From NCBI RefSeq assembly GCF_020745735.1, contig NC_083425.1, positions 19,021,575 to 19,085,574 of the forward strand: a DNA stretch of 64,000 bases. The letters run 5' to 3'. This stretch comes from Hemiscyllium ocellatum. Its lineage: Eukaryota. Below the pieces are notes generated by a model. That model ran no database searches and was not told where the DNA came from. It saw nothing but the letters and a program-made list of their open reading frames with translations. Position 1 is the first letter of the stretch; each line of letters starts with the position of its first letter. A program made the position numbers and the translations under genes. Shown piece by piece: positions 24,190-37,480 of the stretch.

Positions 24190-24925
24190 GAGCAGACCCG
24201 CAATGCCATTAGGGAGAGAATTCCAGGAATTCAACCCAACGAAGGAACTGCAATATTTTTCCAAGTCAGGAATCTTGGAGGGAATCTTACAGATGGTGGT
24301 GCTCCCATGTATCTGTGTCTCTAGTCCTTCTAGTTGTTAATGGTCATAGATTTGGAAGATGCTGTTGAAGGAGCCTTGGTAAATTTCTGCGGTCCATTTT
24401 ATAAATGGTATACACTGCTGCTACATCCATTGATGGTGGATGGAGGGGATATTTGTGAATGTGCTGCTAATGAAGTGAGCAAATTCCTGGATGGTGTCAA
24501 GCCTCTTGAGTGTCTTTGGAGCTGCACCCATCTGCCACAATTCTGACAAGTGCTCTGTCGGTGATGGACAGGCTTTCCGAGTCAACAAGCGAGTTACTTC
24601 AGTGTCCCTATTGTATTTGTATGGCTTGCCCAGTTCAGTTTCTGGTCAGTGGTAAGCCCCAGGACATTGTTGGATGGGTGATGTAATCAGCAATGGTAAC
24701 ACTATTGAATATTAAAGAGTGATGGATCAATTATCTCTTGTTGGAGATTATCATTGCCTAGCATTTATGTGGTACCAATGTTACTGACACTCATCAATTC
24801 TAGCATGATGATTGTCCAGGTCTTGCTGCATTTGGACATGGACTGCTTCAATATCTGAGGAGTTACAAATAATGCAGAACATTGTGCAATAATCAGGAAC
24901 ATCCATATTTCTGACCATATGATGG
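24190..24925 (-). mobile_element. 3' remnant of the tRNA-headed LINE family
   Basis: GAACATTGTGCAATAATCAGGAACATCC matches the RT motif region at ~17590. Confidence 0.6.
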
Positions 24926-24929
24926 AGGG

Positions 24930-25680
24930 AAGGGCATTGCAGTCAGCATGGTCTTTAGCCCAAGTGCTCAGAGCTCCTCTACTCCAGCCGCTTTTTACTT
25001 TTTCTTCCTTCTCTGCTTTTTGGAAAAATGTTTCCATTTATGATATCACCCCTTTTCATGGCTTCGGCAAAGGGTGCCTTCACCCTGCCCAGCAACAAGG
25101 ACCCTTCCAGCCCAGCATGGCCATCTCAGCCCAATGACAACCTGGTGTGGCAGCCACATTCAGGAGGGGTGGCCTCGGCTTGGTATGATGGTCTCCAAGT
25201 TTGGCAGCCTTGTCCTGGAGTGGAGGTCTCATACCAGCATCAAACTCTTCTTTGGGGGCGGCTTCCAGCCACCTGTCGTGGTGGTCTTGCTCCGGTTTGG
25301 CGATCTCATCCTAGTGTGGAAGTCTTCTTCAGCATGGAGGCCTCGTCCCACAAGGAGGTCACTTTTTCCTGGAGAGGGGGCAGGGTCTCGGTTTGGCAGA
25401 GTCATCCTGGTGTGGAGGCCTCATCCGGCAAGGAAGTCACTTTGTCCTGGATTGAGGAAAGGGTCTCGGTTTGGCGGAGTCATCCCAGTGTGGAAGTCTT
25501 CTTCGGCAACGCTTTCAAGGTGTTTCAGCTTTCTTCGTTTTAATCAGCTTTCTTCGAACAGAAATTGATTTGAGATGAACTTTGCCTTAATTTTTACTTT
25601 ATTTTTCTATTTATTTATCATTATGTGGTAAGGTGACCTATAGAACGTTTCACTGTATCTTTTTGTAAAACTACACAAGA
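24930..25680 (+). mobile_element. Unclassified non-autonomous retroelement with internal imperfect tandem repeats
   Basis: Repeated GGTTTGGC.GAGTCATCC..GTGTGGA units at 25195-25510; LINE-like tail TTTCACTGTA. Confidence 0.45.
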
Positions 25681-25684
25681 CGGT

Positions 25685-25987
25685 GGGCGGCACGGTGGCA
25701 CAGTGGTTAGCACTGCTGCCTCACAGCGCCTGAAGACCCGGGTTCAATTCCCGACTCAGGCGACTGACTGTGTGGAGTTTGCACGTTCTCCCCGTGTCTG
25801 CGTGGGTTTCCTCCGGGTGCTCCGGTTTCCTCCCACAGTCCAAAGATGTGCGTGTCAGGTGAATTGGCCATGCTAAATTGCCCGTAGTGTTAGGTAAGGG
25901 GTAATGTAGGGGTATGGGTGGGTTTCGCTTCGGCGGGTCGGTGTGGACTTGTTGGGCCGAAGGGCCTGTTTCCACACTGTAAGTCTA
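25685..25987 (+). mobile_element. HE1 V-SINE, young copy
   Basis: GGGCGGCACGGTGGCACAGTGG (A box), GGTTCAATTCC (B box), V-domain; CpGs largely intact. Confidence 0.95.
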
Positions 25988-26859
25988 AGAACGATAAATT
26001 GCGTTTCTATTTTATTCTGATGAAGCAGCTGGAGCACTAATCTTGAGGAACTCCTGCAGTGAGGTCCTGGAGATGAGATAACTAACCACCAACAACCATC
26101 TACCTTACTCATAAAGTAGTTTATCTTTGTGGTTTTTCCCAGACAGCCCATCTCAGGGGTTCAATACTTCAGTGGTTTGTGGATCTTTGACAGACTTTTT
26201 CTGCCCACCAGCTTCAAATCAGTTGTGTTAAAACGAGGACTGGCTGAGGCATTGGTAAGTGTGCTACTTGAATCCTGGGACTTAACTTCTTTGGAAATAT
26301 GTGATTAATTAATAAAAGTATATTCTATCATCAGCCATTATCGATAGGTAATATCATGACATGAGCAATAATAGCTTGATTTTGGCAAACCTGGACAGCT
26401 GAAATACCACAATTGTCATGAGTCATGGTTTAGTATGGTTTCAATAAAAGTTAACATTTATTAGTGAGAATGAGCTGCTAAAAATAACACGTCTTTCACA
26501 TAGTGTTGGTGTGTTAAGTAGGCATTAATAGCTTGTGTGTGAAGCTCTGGAATTCCTTCCCTTACCCTCTTTGCTTCCTTTAGTAAGACCCTCCTTAAAA
26601 CTTGACTCTTTGACTAAGTTTTTAGTCACCAGTTTCAGCAAGTTCTTCGGTTCAGTGTTAACTTTTGTCTGCTTAAACTCTCATGAAGAGACATTCTCCT
26701 TAGAATGTTTTACTAAGTTAAAGGATAAATACAAGTGCCTGTTGTGAGTCATGATACAAAGGATACCGCTAGAAGAATACAGTTTTGACACAGGATTTCA
26801 CTGTTCTTGCTTTCTCACTAATCTCTTGTTTCTCTGTGGCATTTTCCATGTTACTCATG

Positions 26860-27335
26860 AAGGATCCTTGAACAGTGACTTGAACAACCACCAACACTTC
26901 GAACAGTGAGGACAGCAGATGCACGGGAATATACCAGCTGCAAGTTCGCTCCAAGCCAAACACTATCCTGATTTGGAACCATATAATCATCCCTGCACTC
27001 CTGTTGGAACAGAGTTCTGGATCTCCATCCCACACAGCAAAGTACAGAGGAACCTCGATTATCCGAAGGACATGGGCAGGGAGTTTTCTGTTCGGTTAAT
27101 TGAATTTAGGATAATTAAATGCCAGGTAACATAGTTTAGCCAAGTATCAGGACCTTGCAATCTTGTCGGATAATCTGATATTTGGATAATCGAGGTTCCT
27201 CTGTAAATGTATCTACACTACACGGACTGCAGCAGTTCTGGAAGGTGCTTCACTATCACCTCATATGGCAAATTTGGAATGGGCAGTAAGTGCTGGCCTT
27301 CAGTCACGTTTGCAACCCATGAAAAAATAAAAATA
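26860..27335 (+). mobile_element. LINE 3' end (tRNA-headed family) hosting a MITE
   Basis: Tail GGAATGGGCAGTAAGTGCTGGCC..CCCATGAAAAAATAAA; the sequence is continuous across the MITE. Confidence 0.6.
27045..27203. mobile_element. Tc1/mariner-pogo (Tigger-like) MITE, 159 bp
   Basis: Perfect 20-bp TIRs CAGAGGAACCTCGATTATCC, with TA on both sides (27043-44 and 27204-05). Confidence 0.9.
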
Positions 27336-27959
27336 AATTATCTAAAAACCTAGAGAGAGTGGACCATGTGAAGAGAGATCAGATGTAAAATGTCAATGCA
27401 GAGGAGTGGTTGGAAGCAACTAATCAAGTCAGTAAAACAATATTTGAAATACATTTAATTTCTTGATTCTCATTCTTCAATCATTTAATTAAATGAAAAG
27501 ATTTATATCAATGTTATGATTCTCAGATTGAACAGCCAACTGATCTCTTGCCCAAAACTCAGTTGATAATCATTTCAATTCTGACTAGAGTTCAGGAATG
27601 AATTTTCCATGCAACCCAGCATCAACTGTTTCGATAAATGATTTGCCTGGGAAATGGGACTTCAATTCAAGGTTTGAGAATATCAATATACATACACAAC
27701 CACCAGTAAAGACAAAGTGATGATATGACAACAACACATCCAACATTTAGCAGTGTTTGATTATCTATTTCAAATCAGACAACATCCTCCCGTTGAGAAG
27801 TTGCTGACAAATATTTATTTGAGACAACTCTTCAAAAGAAAGTTCCAGGGGGCTTGATCATATGTAAAACACTTTAGTAGCTTCAGATGCAGCTTCACCA
27901 AGAACGATTACCATCAGTTGGACAGAACATTCTACAGTTCAAACCAATTACTTCAAAGT

Positions 27960-28125
27960 CTTTTGCTATAAGTTCCGTATCCTATGATCCTGCCCCACTA
28001 GCTACCTAACGAAGGAGCAGCGCTTCGAAAGCTTGTACTTCTAAATAAACCTGCTGGACTATAACCTAGTGTTGTGTGATTTTTAACTTTGTCCACCCAG
28101 TCCAACACCGGCATCTCCACATCTG
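27960..28125 (+). mobile_element. PLE-terminal fragment (second family)
   Basis: CTAACGAAGGAGCAGCGCTTCGAAAGCTTG followed by the shared tail. Confidence 0.65.
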
Positions 28126-28389
28126 AGACTATGCCTGAGCTGGCTGACACCTTGATTTCAAACAGCTTCACCCTTCAAGCCTCTGAAAACAGGTAGGTGC
28201 TAACATTTACACTGCTGCAACCAACCTGCTACGTCTTTGGATGCTCACGCACTTTTATATATTTTAGAAAGAGGGGGCAGCTCCCTCTCAGAAATCATCA
28301 AATGGCCCTGTTGCTCCAGCTGCAGGGCCTCCCCTTAGCCTCACAACTTCAAGAGCCCACCCACAATTCAGACTTGTACAGCAAGTTTG

Positions 28390-28953
28390 ACATTGGTTAG
28401 GCCACTTCTGGAATATTGTGTGCAATTCTGGTCTCCTTCCTATCAGAAAGATGTTGTGAAACTTGAAAGGGTTCAGAAAAGATTTACAAGGATGTTGCCA
28501 AGGTTGGATGATTTGAGCTATAGGGAGTGGCTGAATAGGCTGGGGCTGTTTTCCCTGGAGTGTTGAAGGCTGAGGGGGTGACCTCATAGAGGTTTATAAA
28601 AACCATGAGGGGCATGGATAGGATAAATAGACAAAGTCTTTTCCCTGGGGTGGGGGAGTCCAGAACTAGAGGGCATAGGTTTAGGGTGAGAGGGGAAAGA
28701 TTTAAAAGGGACCTAAGGGGCTACTTCTCATGCAAAGGGTTGTGCATGTACAGAATGTGCTGCCAGGGGAAGTGGTGGAGGCTGGTACAATTACAACATT
28801 TAAAAGGCATCTGGATTGGTATACGAAGAGAAAGGGTTTAGAGGGATATGGGCCAAGTGCTGGCAATTGGGATTAGATTAGGTTAGGATATCTGGTCGAA
28901 GTGAACGAGTTGGACCAAAGGGTCTGTTTCCGTGCTGTATACGTCTATGACTC
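28390..28953 (+). mobile_element. CR1/HER1 3' fragment
   Basis: MRGMDRINRQSLFPGVGESRTRGHRFRVRGERFKRDLRG and canonical tail. Confidence 0.92.
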
Positions 28954-29513
28954 TAAGCCTACTCTTTGGCCAATTCAGGGAAAGTCACAGGTAACTGCAA
29001 GTGACAGTGCAGGCTGCTGGCCTCCATTTGAGCCGGATGTTGGGGTTCTGAATCCTGCAGGACAAATCCTTCCATGGTAAATTAAACTTTAAAAGTATAT
29101 AAAATCATAGACTGCTGCCAAAAAAGGTAGTGAAAGCAGAGACAATAAATGATTTAAAAGGAAAATGAATGAGCATTTAAGGGATAAACTTGCAGAGCTA
29201 GAGGGACAGATCAAATTGGGAACAGGGAAGAGGTGGAATGAGCCCAAATGCATCCCTCTACAGAGAATTAGTGTGGACTCAGAGGTCTGACTGAACTCCT
29301 TCTGTGCCATAATAGTTCTGATTCTAATACATTGTCAATCCTCACAAAATAAGAGGCTAGAGCTGAGATCTGAAGAGTGCAAAGCTGAATGAAGATGGCT
29401 GTCAGAATAAGGTGGGAGATGTGATGGATGACTCCAAAGGTGAGTCAAGGAAATTTGATGAATTAGAAACGTGGAGCCCTGTAAATTTGTGGGAACCAAA
29501 GTGTGGGGCACAA

Positions 29514-29835
29514 GACAGCATGGTGGTTCAGTGGTTAGCACTGCTGTCTCACAGTGCAAGAGACCCGGGTTCAATTCCCATCTCAGGCATTGTGTGTGTG
29601 GAGTTTGCACATTCTCCCCGTGTCTGCGTGGGTTTCCACCGGGTGGTCCCGTTTCCTCCCACAGTCCAAAAATGTGCAGGTTAGGTGAATTGGCCATGCT
29701 AAATTGCCCATAGTGTTAGGTGAAGGGATAAATGTAAGGGAATGGGTCTGGGTGGGTTGCTCTTCGGAGGGTCGGTGTGGACTTCTTGGGCCGAAGGGCC
29801 TGTTTCCACACTATAAGCAATCTAATCTAATCTAA
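29514..29835 (+). mobile_element. HE1 V-SINE
   Basis: Head, V-domain and (AATCT)n tail. Confidence 0.92.
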
Positions 29836-31544
29836 TAAAAAAGACACTGTACATGACCAATGGGAGTTAGTGAGTTTTGAATAAATGGTGTTCATGATAG
29901 ATGGAAGATGGAAAATCAGCAATTAATGTATTAGAGATGTTGAATCAAGAGCTGAAGACAGTGCACACAAGGATTGTCACATTAGTTGGGTCAGGTGAAG
30001 GCGGTAAACATTCATGACAATAGAAATTAAACCCATAAGAAATGAATGCTTTCCTCCTCAGTCAATACTGTGGGAAATGTTCTATTCTATACCTTCCAGT
30101 TCTCTTAAAATCTACACCTTTCCAAAGTTCTAGACTTTTAAGAACACCTTTTTAAAAAATCTATGCTGGTAGATTTCCTTCAAAACTGGTTTGTATTTTA
30201 ATTTGAATATAAATCAAGCTCTTTCATCACAGCTTCATAAAGAAAAACAGCTACCATGCAAACATCTCACTTAACAATTCATTGTAGACCTTGCAATCTA
30301 AGCATGTTTTTCTTCTCAACTTTTATTTTTTTCTATTCAGTAAAATACAAGATGCAATGAAATGCTGATGAAATTTTTCTCAAGGTACCAACGGTAGCAA
30401 GAAACACCAAGAGTAGCTGTGGTCCCAGCCTGCGAACAGTCAGTTAATTGCCAGGGAGTAGACTGGAGTCTATTGTACACCTTACCATATTTCACTCAGG
30501 ACTATACACCACATTCTGTTAATATATACTGTAATCAGTGGCTGTTTTGCTTGAACACTGCTTCAACTCCCATTTTCCAATCCAATTTGTATAAGTGTTG
30601 CTGAGAAAATCAAGTATTGTTTATCATAGTTGCTGACTGATGAAACTTTTTTTTAAACTTTAATAACCTTTTTCCCAACGATTATTTTTGCAGAGAACAG
30701 CATTTGAAGTCATGCTGGAAATAGAAATGGAATTTTAAACATAACACTAAATGTGGTGCATACAAAGGTACAGGGCTGCGGCAGAAAACTAATGGTTGAG
30801 AAAACGGTTTGCAAATTGTTCCCACGTCGGTGATTCTGGCTAAAAAAAAAGAAAATATTTTTCCAGGAGCAGTTTCAAAATCTGGCTCACAGACTGGGTG
30901 TAGACATTATATTCAAACTAAACAATGGCTGCAGCTTAACAGTACTTCAGCAAAGTCAATTTGGACCAGGCAAAATGACCAGAATTAACATATTAATTGT
31001 TATTTGTTTGAACATTATCTTCTGCCAATTGTCTATTGATGCACGACAGTGAAGAATTTGGCATTGCCCAATACTTCACAAGAATTTACATAAATACACA
31101 CACATACATATATAATATTAAAATATAGCCACTAAAAGTCAGCATTTCAAGCATTTTGTTACCTATAATTTATTGAGGGTGGAGCTCTGTCAAGACCCAA
31201 GTAAGTAAGTAGATTTGATTCCAGACTGAAGTGAAAACAACTGAATAAAAATTGCAGTGAATAAATTTGAAAAATTGTAATTATGCTGCAAAAGGAACAT
31301 TGTGCATTGACTGACCTTTAATGAATCAGAAAAGTCTTTGACCCGTGCCCTTTGAAAAGGTGGCAGAGAACTGCGTTCAGCTCACGTGCTGTAGTAAACC
31401 CGCAATGCCTTTCAGGAGGGAATTCCAGGAAGTTGACTCAGTGACAGTGAAAGAATGGCGATATATTTCCAGCTCAGGAAGGTGAGTGGCTTGGAGGGAG
31501 CTTGCTGGTGATAGTGTTGTCATGTATCTTCTGTCCTTCTCAAC

Positions 31545-31870
31545 GAGTCATAGAGATGTGCAGCACGGAAACAGGCCTTTGTCCTGTACAGCCACCACAT
31601 GACCTCCCAACTCCTATACTCAATGTTCTGAGCAATAAAGGAGAGCATACCAAACACCTTCTTCACTATCCTATCCACCTAAGACTCCACTTTTAAGGAA
31701 CTATGAGCCTGCACTCCAGGTTTCTTTGTTCAGCAACCCACCCCAGGACCTTATCATTAAGTGTATAAGTCATGCCCTGATTTGTTTTTCCAAAATGCAG
31801 CATCTCACATTTATCTAAATTAAACTCCATCTGCCACTCCTCAGCCCATTGGCCCATTTGATCAAGACCC
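31545..31870 (-). mobile_element. CR1/HER1 fragment with internal deletions
   Basis: LDQMGQWAEEWQMEFNLDKCEMLHFG. Confidence 0.85.
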
Positions 31871-32594
31871 ATGCAACAGATATTCTTAGCTGAACAAAAT
31901 GTGCCTGGTTGCATTGTGTGGCACACAAAACCTTCCTTACACAATACAAACACAATGACAACAAAATTAAAAGTACAGATCATATCATGTACATAAGTAG
32001 GATTTTGTTTTGTTTCTTCCTATTAAACATTTTTGGTTCATCTTTTCCCAATGTACAGGATTGAAAAAAAAGATCCAGATGGGACATTGCCTGGAAGTCT
32101 CACATTCTTGTATGGATTAACACAGAAACATAACCATTCTTACAGTAAATAGAAAGAAGCCATTCAGCCCAATTGGTCCAGACTTGTTTTATGCTGTTTG
32201 CAGCCCTCCTCACTCCATTCACTTCATCTCACCCCAATTAGATATCATTCAATTCCTTTCTCTCTTATATAGCTTTGCAGATTCACTTTGGTCTACTTTT
32301 GTGATTTATCTTATCTATCCTTGTGGTAGTAATGTTGACATTTTCACCACGCCCTGACTAGGTTTCCCCTGAATTTCTTAATTTATTGGTGACCACATTA
32401 TATCAATGGCCTATGTTTGTCAACATTGCATCACAAACAGCAAACGGAAACACCTCTTACAAAGTACACCAGCAGTTTCACCCTGAACCCAGGTCATGAA
32501 TTCAATGCCAACATTTTTTTCTCAATATTTATTTTCAGGCAAACTATTTTTTTTTGTTAAAGTGCTTGCATCCAACCTAAAACAAAAATTGGGA

Positions 32595-32832
32595 GATAAA
32601 AGCAGAACGTTTTGGAGAAACTCAGCAGAGCTGGCAGCATCTGTGCAGAGAGAAACCAAGTTAACGTTTAGAGTCTAGCAATGATTCAAAACTAAAGTTG
32701 TTCCAAAGGACATTCTGTTGGACTTAAAAGATTAACTCAATTTCTCTCTCCACAGATGCTGCAAGACCTGCTGAGTTCCTCCAAAATTTCTAGATTTTAT
32801 TTCAGATCTCCAGTACCTGCAGTATTTTGCTT
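32595..32832. mobile_element. Older fold-back PLE-terminal element
   Basis: CTCAGCAG..CTGGCAGCATCTGTG versus CACAGATGCTGCAAGACCTGCTGAG. Confidence 0.65.
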
Positions 32833-33061
32833 TCATTTGAGAAATTGTGCGTCCCCGTTGAAAGGCCATTTGCTGTGTGAGTGGCAGTGCAGATGTGCCA
32901 GAGGGCTCTGCAGTGTTTCTGCAATTGGTCAGGTTAACAGTCACTTGTATGGAAGCAAATAGTTTTCTCTTTTGTTAACTCTGGAACACCCAATTCTGTT
33001 CCAATCGATCAGTTCTACGGATATTTTTGATTTTGTTTTGCATATACGTGAAAGGACAATG

Positions 33062-33264
33062 CAGGTCATTCTGCTATAATGCGACAGTTGTGTTACTCTG
33101 CAATCTCATGCTATAAAAAAATCCCACTGTAGAAGATCGCTAATAGAAAGTCGCCATACCTGTGCAGTAGAAAGTTTATGTTATGCAAAACAATGTCCAC
33201 AATTCATCAATCACGTTATAGCCAATTTACACTGATGAAATGCAAGTTATAGAGAAATGACTTG
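33062..33264. mobile_element. Degenerate Tigger-like MITE
   Basis: Imperfect TIRs CAGGTCATTCTGCTATAA / TTATAGAGAAATGACTTG; TA TSD not preserved. Confidence 0.5.
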
Positions 33265-33372
33265 GATTAATTTCCGTTCAATCAATATCACTAGTTTTAT
33301 TTTCCTGAAAAACAGACAGAATACATGGAATATGACTCCATAACATTCACAAAAGTAAAATCACAAACTTAC

Positions 33373-33437
33373 CAGTAGAACAGAATTTAACTTGATCAGT
33401 CATCATAATCCAGTTGATCCATGGAATGAGAAGATCT
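33373..33437 (-). other. Candidate 65-nt exon
   Basis: ccctctccttccatcaccctcag|AGATC...CTACTG|gtaagt. One open frame, DLLIPWINWIMMTDQVKFCST. Confidence 0.3.
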
Positions 33438-34654
33438 CTGAGGGTGATGGAAGGAGAGGGCCAGATTTGTCAACCAATCATCAGCGATGTTTTATTCACT
33501 CATGTGATGTGGGCTATGCTGCTGGGCCTGAATTTATTGCCCATCCCTAGTGGTTGCTAAGAAGGTGGTAGTGAACTGCCTTCTTGAACCACTACACTCC
33601 ATTTGGTGTTGGCAAACACCCACAACATTGTTTGGGTTGGAGAAGGGGTTTTTTGGGACTTTGGTCCAGCAGCACTGAAGGAAGATGTTTAAGTCAGTAT
33701 GATTAGAGGGGAGTTTGTAGGTAGCTTACTCCTGCATATCCACTACCTTTTATGGTCATGGTACTATTGTCAATGGAACTTCAGTGAATTTCTGTCGTGC
33801 GTTTTTTGCATGGTAGACACTGCTCCTTCTCTACATGACTAGTGGAGAGAGTGAATGTGGAGCCATTCAAGAAGACTGTTTTGTCTTGGTTGGTGTCAAG
33901 GTTCATATATGATTGGAGCTGCACTCATCTAAACAGATGGGGAGTATTCCATCACACTCCTGGCATGAGCCTTGCAGATGGTGGATCAGCCTTCTGGGAA
34001 CCAAGACAGATGTGGGTAAGGAACAAGATTTCCTTTCTTTATGACATGACCAACAATGGGTCCAGGGTCATCAATATGCATTTCATATTTACTTTTTTAA
34101 TTCAAGTTCCATCATCTGCCATGATTGGATTTGAATCTTGGTCTCTCAATTCCTAGTCAATAAACAATACCACTGTTCCATTACTGTTCTTGTCATTGTC
34201 TCCCCATGACTGACTGAAGATTGGCACTCACAGTAAACATGAAACTTATTTTTGTGTGCTATCTTTACAGTGGGGTACAGGGACCATAGCAAGAAGAAAA
34301 ATATATATATATATTTTGCATTTCTACACAAAATAAAACATGACAGATTACAAAATAGACTTGTTTTGGGAATAGATCTTTTCCCTTTGCCTAAAAGCCC
34401 TGAAGGTGTAATTAGGATGAATTGGAACATGGTACATTTTTTGTGCCAAATATTTGCTGTATTGCATTTCAGCTGATTATTCCAAGACTGCAAACATTGT
34501 GAAAGTAGCAAGTTTGTAATTCAGTATCACTCAGAAATTCAACATTTTATGATAAAAATTAAATCTCCATTTTCAACCCTTGTATGAAAAGAAATTATTT
34601 CAGAACAGGACTTATTTGTGGGATTGTGAATTAAGTGAACTGAATGAAGTGGCT

Positions 34655-34998
34655 CTGTTGGCTATACTTCCACTTTGGAGTCAGAAGGTTGTGCACACAA
34701 ATACTACTCCAGAGACTTGAGCTGAAAAATCTAGGCTAACAGTCCAGTGCAGGAAGGTGTATAAAAAATGATATCATGGCATGATTTTAAAGAAGAACAT
34801 AGGAGCTATGCCCAGGCTAGAATATATTCCTTATTAGCTTTAAAAAATGTTATCTGGTAATTATCAGATGCTGTTTGCAGGAGCTTGCTGTGTGGAAACT
34901 GCTGTTTCCTTTCCTCTGTTACAATTGTGACTCGACTTCATTAGCTATGAAGCACATTGGACCATTCTGTGGTTGTGAAAGACACTATATAAATGCTT
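34655..34998 (+). mobile_element. Deu-domain SINE
   Basis: GAGTCAGAAGGTTGTG..CTCCAGAGACTTGAGC head, TTATCTGGTAATTATC..GCTGTTTGCAGGAGCTTGCTGTG core, and TATATAAATGC tail. Confidence 0.7.
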
Positions 34999-35234
34999 CT
35001 GTGAGATATATGTATTTTTATATTTTAAGGCAGCCTTTTATTGAGCCACATATGAGTTGTGTGAAATGGTGTAAATGCACTTTGCAAAACAAAATGTTAA
35101 GCTCCTGAAGAATATTAAGAATTTCACAGTGTCAGCTATTTCACATCATTGGATGTACTTATCCAACAAAACTTTAAAAACTAAAATGAACTCATATCAA
35201 AGTGGTTCGATATAAATAGTACTGTACTGGGATA

Positions 35235-35440
35235 ATATACCAGACTTTAGGGCTGCTCTCTCATTGGAGACAGGGAGACAACTGGAGGTGGTTTAACCTG
35301 AGGATCACCAGGTTTCAGGTGAGGGGAGAGGTTAGTAAGGGTCCTTCATGGTAACCTTAGCTGGTTCAGGAATTGAACTCATCATGTTAGTCCATTATTC
35401 TGCAATGCAAACTGCCTGTCCAGTCAACTGAACTAAGCAC
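35235..35440 (-). mobile_element. tRNA-derived SINE (second copy at ~53850-53982)
   Basis: Both loci share GGGCTG.TCTCTCAT..GACTGG.GGT..TTTAACCTGAGG.TCACCA..TCAGGTGA. B-box-like GAGTTCAATTCC on the minus strand. Confidence 0.6.
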
Positions 35441-36068
35441 CATTCCAGCATAAGACCATAAGATATAAGAGTAGAATGAGGCCATTTTGCCCAGCAAGTC
35501 TGCTCTGCCATGGCTGGTATGTTTCTCAACTCTATTCTTCTGCCTTTTCTCCATATGACAGCACATCATGTCAAAATATCTCCAAGTGCTTCATGCATTA
35601 ACTCTTGTTAAAGAACGATATCTGTCCAATAGCCATTTGAAAAAACTTAAATATTTAGGCCAATGTTAGCACCTCTCAGGGTAACAAGAAGTGACCTATT
35701 ATTGTTTTAAAATATTCTCACATGGTCATATTGAATAACATTAGATAAACTGCCTTTTAGATTGTATTTACTTTGGTAATTAGTTTATTTGCATAAATTC
35801 AAGTAGGTCTGTATCAAGAAATGAATCAATAGAACAAATCACTTTTCTGAAAGTTAGCAATCTTTGCAATTTTTGGGTGGATTTGTCACTGAAATGATCT
35901 TCTGAGCAGTAAGCTCTGCAAATTGCAAAGTATATAGCCACGTCTTAACGTTACGCCTGATGAACGGGTTTCTGATACAATTGGTTATATCACATATAAA
36001 CAAGATAATAATTTCACAATTAATATTTATTTCTGTATGTCACATGCAAGCTATCATCATTATACTGA

Positions 36069-37480
36069 ACTGAAAACAACAAATATTGGGGATCACAGTG
36101 GTGAGAGACAAAAATACTGCAGATACTGGAATCCAAATAGACAAGCAGAAGTCTGGAAGAACACAGCAAGCCAGGCAGCAGCAGGAGGTAGAGAAGTCAA
36201 TATTTTGGGTGTAACCTTTCTTCAGGACTGAAGAAGGGTTGCACCCGAAACGTCGACTTCTCCACCTCCTGATGCTGCCTGGCTTGCGGAGATCACAGTG
36301 GGTCAGACAGCCTCCATGGTAAGAGAGCAAGCTAATGTTTCAAGTCCATTTGACTTTTCATCAGTCAAAGTAAAGTCTGGAGGGGACAGCATTTATGGTA
36401 TAGTTTGAGGAGGGGGAGGGAGTTGGGAGTAATGGGTATAGGATGCTGGTGAAAAAAAATATGTTGATAGTTCATATTAAATGATTGGAATGTGAGAATT
36501 TCAGAACAATGGTATGTCATCTGCCAGAACTGAAAGGACATAAAATGGGTTGGGGGAGGGGATGACATAATAACAAGCTAAAAGTAAGGAGAGAAATATT
36601 CATTTTAATTGGTTTCTCAAATGTAGAGTGAGCCACATTGAGTGCAGTGAATACAAAACACAGATTGGAGGAGATACAGGTGAAATATGACTTCATCTGC
36701 AAAGACCTTCGATGGTGAGCATGGAGGAGTTGAAGGGGAAGGTGTTGCACCTTCTTCAGTTCCACGGGAAAGTGCTGGGGGAGGTGGGGGTGCGATGGCG
36801 TGGTGCTGGTGGTTGTGGGATGGACCTTCCAATCTTGTGTATGGTACTCGCTGCACCCAATGTGGCCTACATTATAGTGGACAAACCAAATATAGACTGG
36901 GTGACTGCTTTGTGGAACACCTCCGGTCTGTGTGCAAGCAGGACTTCAACCTTCCTGTAGATGGTCATTTTAACACAGCATCCTGCTCACATACCCATAA
37001 GTCTGTCCTCGGCATGCTGTAATGTTCCAGTGAATCATAGCACAAACTGGAGGAACAATATCTCATCTTCAGACTAGGCGCTTTACAGCCTTCTGGACTT
37101 AATACTGAGTTCAACACCTTCAAATTGTGAATATTTCTCTCCTTACTTTTAGCTTGTTATTATGTCCTCCCCTCCCCTCTATTTCACTTACTGTCCTTTC
37201 AGGTCTGGCAGGAAACATACCATTGTTCTGCCAATCTCACATTCCGATCATTTAATTTGAAATATAAACATCTTTCCTCCACCAGCACCCCATACTCACT
37301 ACCCCACACCAACTATAGCAAATATGCTGGCCCCTCCACACTTTACTTCAGCACTGATGAAGAGTCATCTAAACTCAAAATGTTAGCTTGCTCTCTCACC
37401 ATGGATGCTATCTGACCCACTATGATCTCCAGCATTTGTTGTTTTAAGTACAGATTCCAGCATCAGCATAATTTACTGCT
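36069..37480. mobile_element. PLE in inverted configuration (left arm minus, right arm plus) with GIY-YIG remnant
   Basis: NLVYGTRCTQCGLHYSGQTKYRLGDCFVEH..LPVDGHFN in ORF 36687-37022. 37120-37450 is the reverse complement of 36069-36600. Confidence 0.85.
36102..36290. mobile_element. Fold-back PLE-terminal element nested in the PLE end
   Basis: Centre TTCTTCAGGACTGAAGAA; TSD GATCACAGTGG at 36091-36101 and 36291-36301. Confidence 0.85.

Noticed and set aside
25195-25510. CRISPR-like repeat spacing
   Set aside because: Eukaryotic context; the inter-repeat segments resemble each other, so this is a minisatellite.
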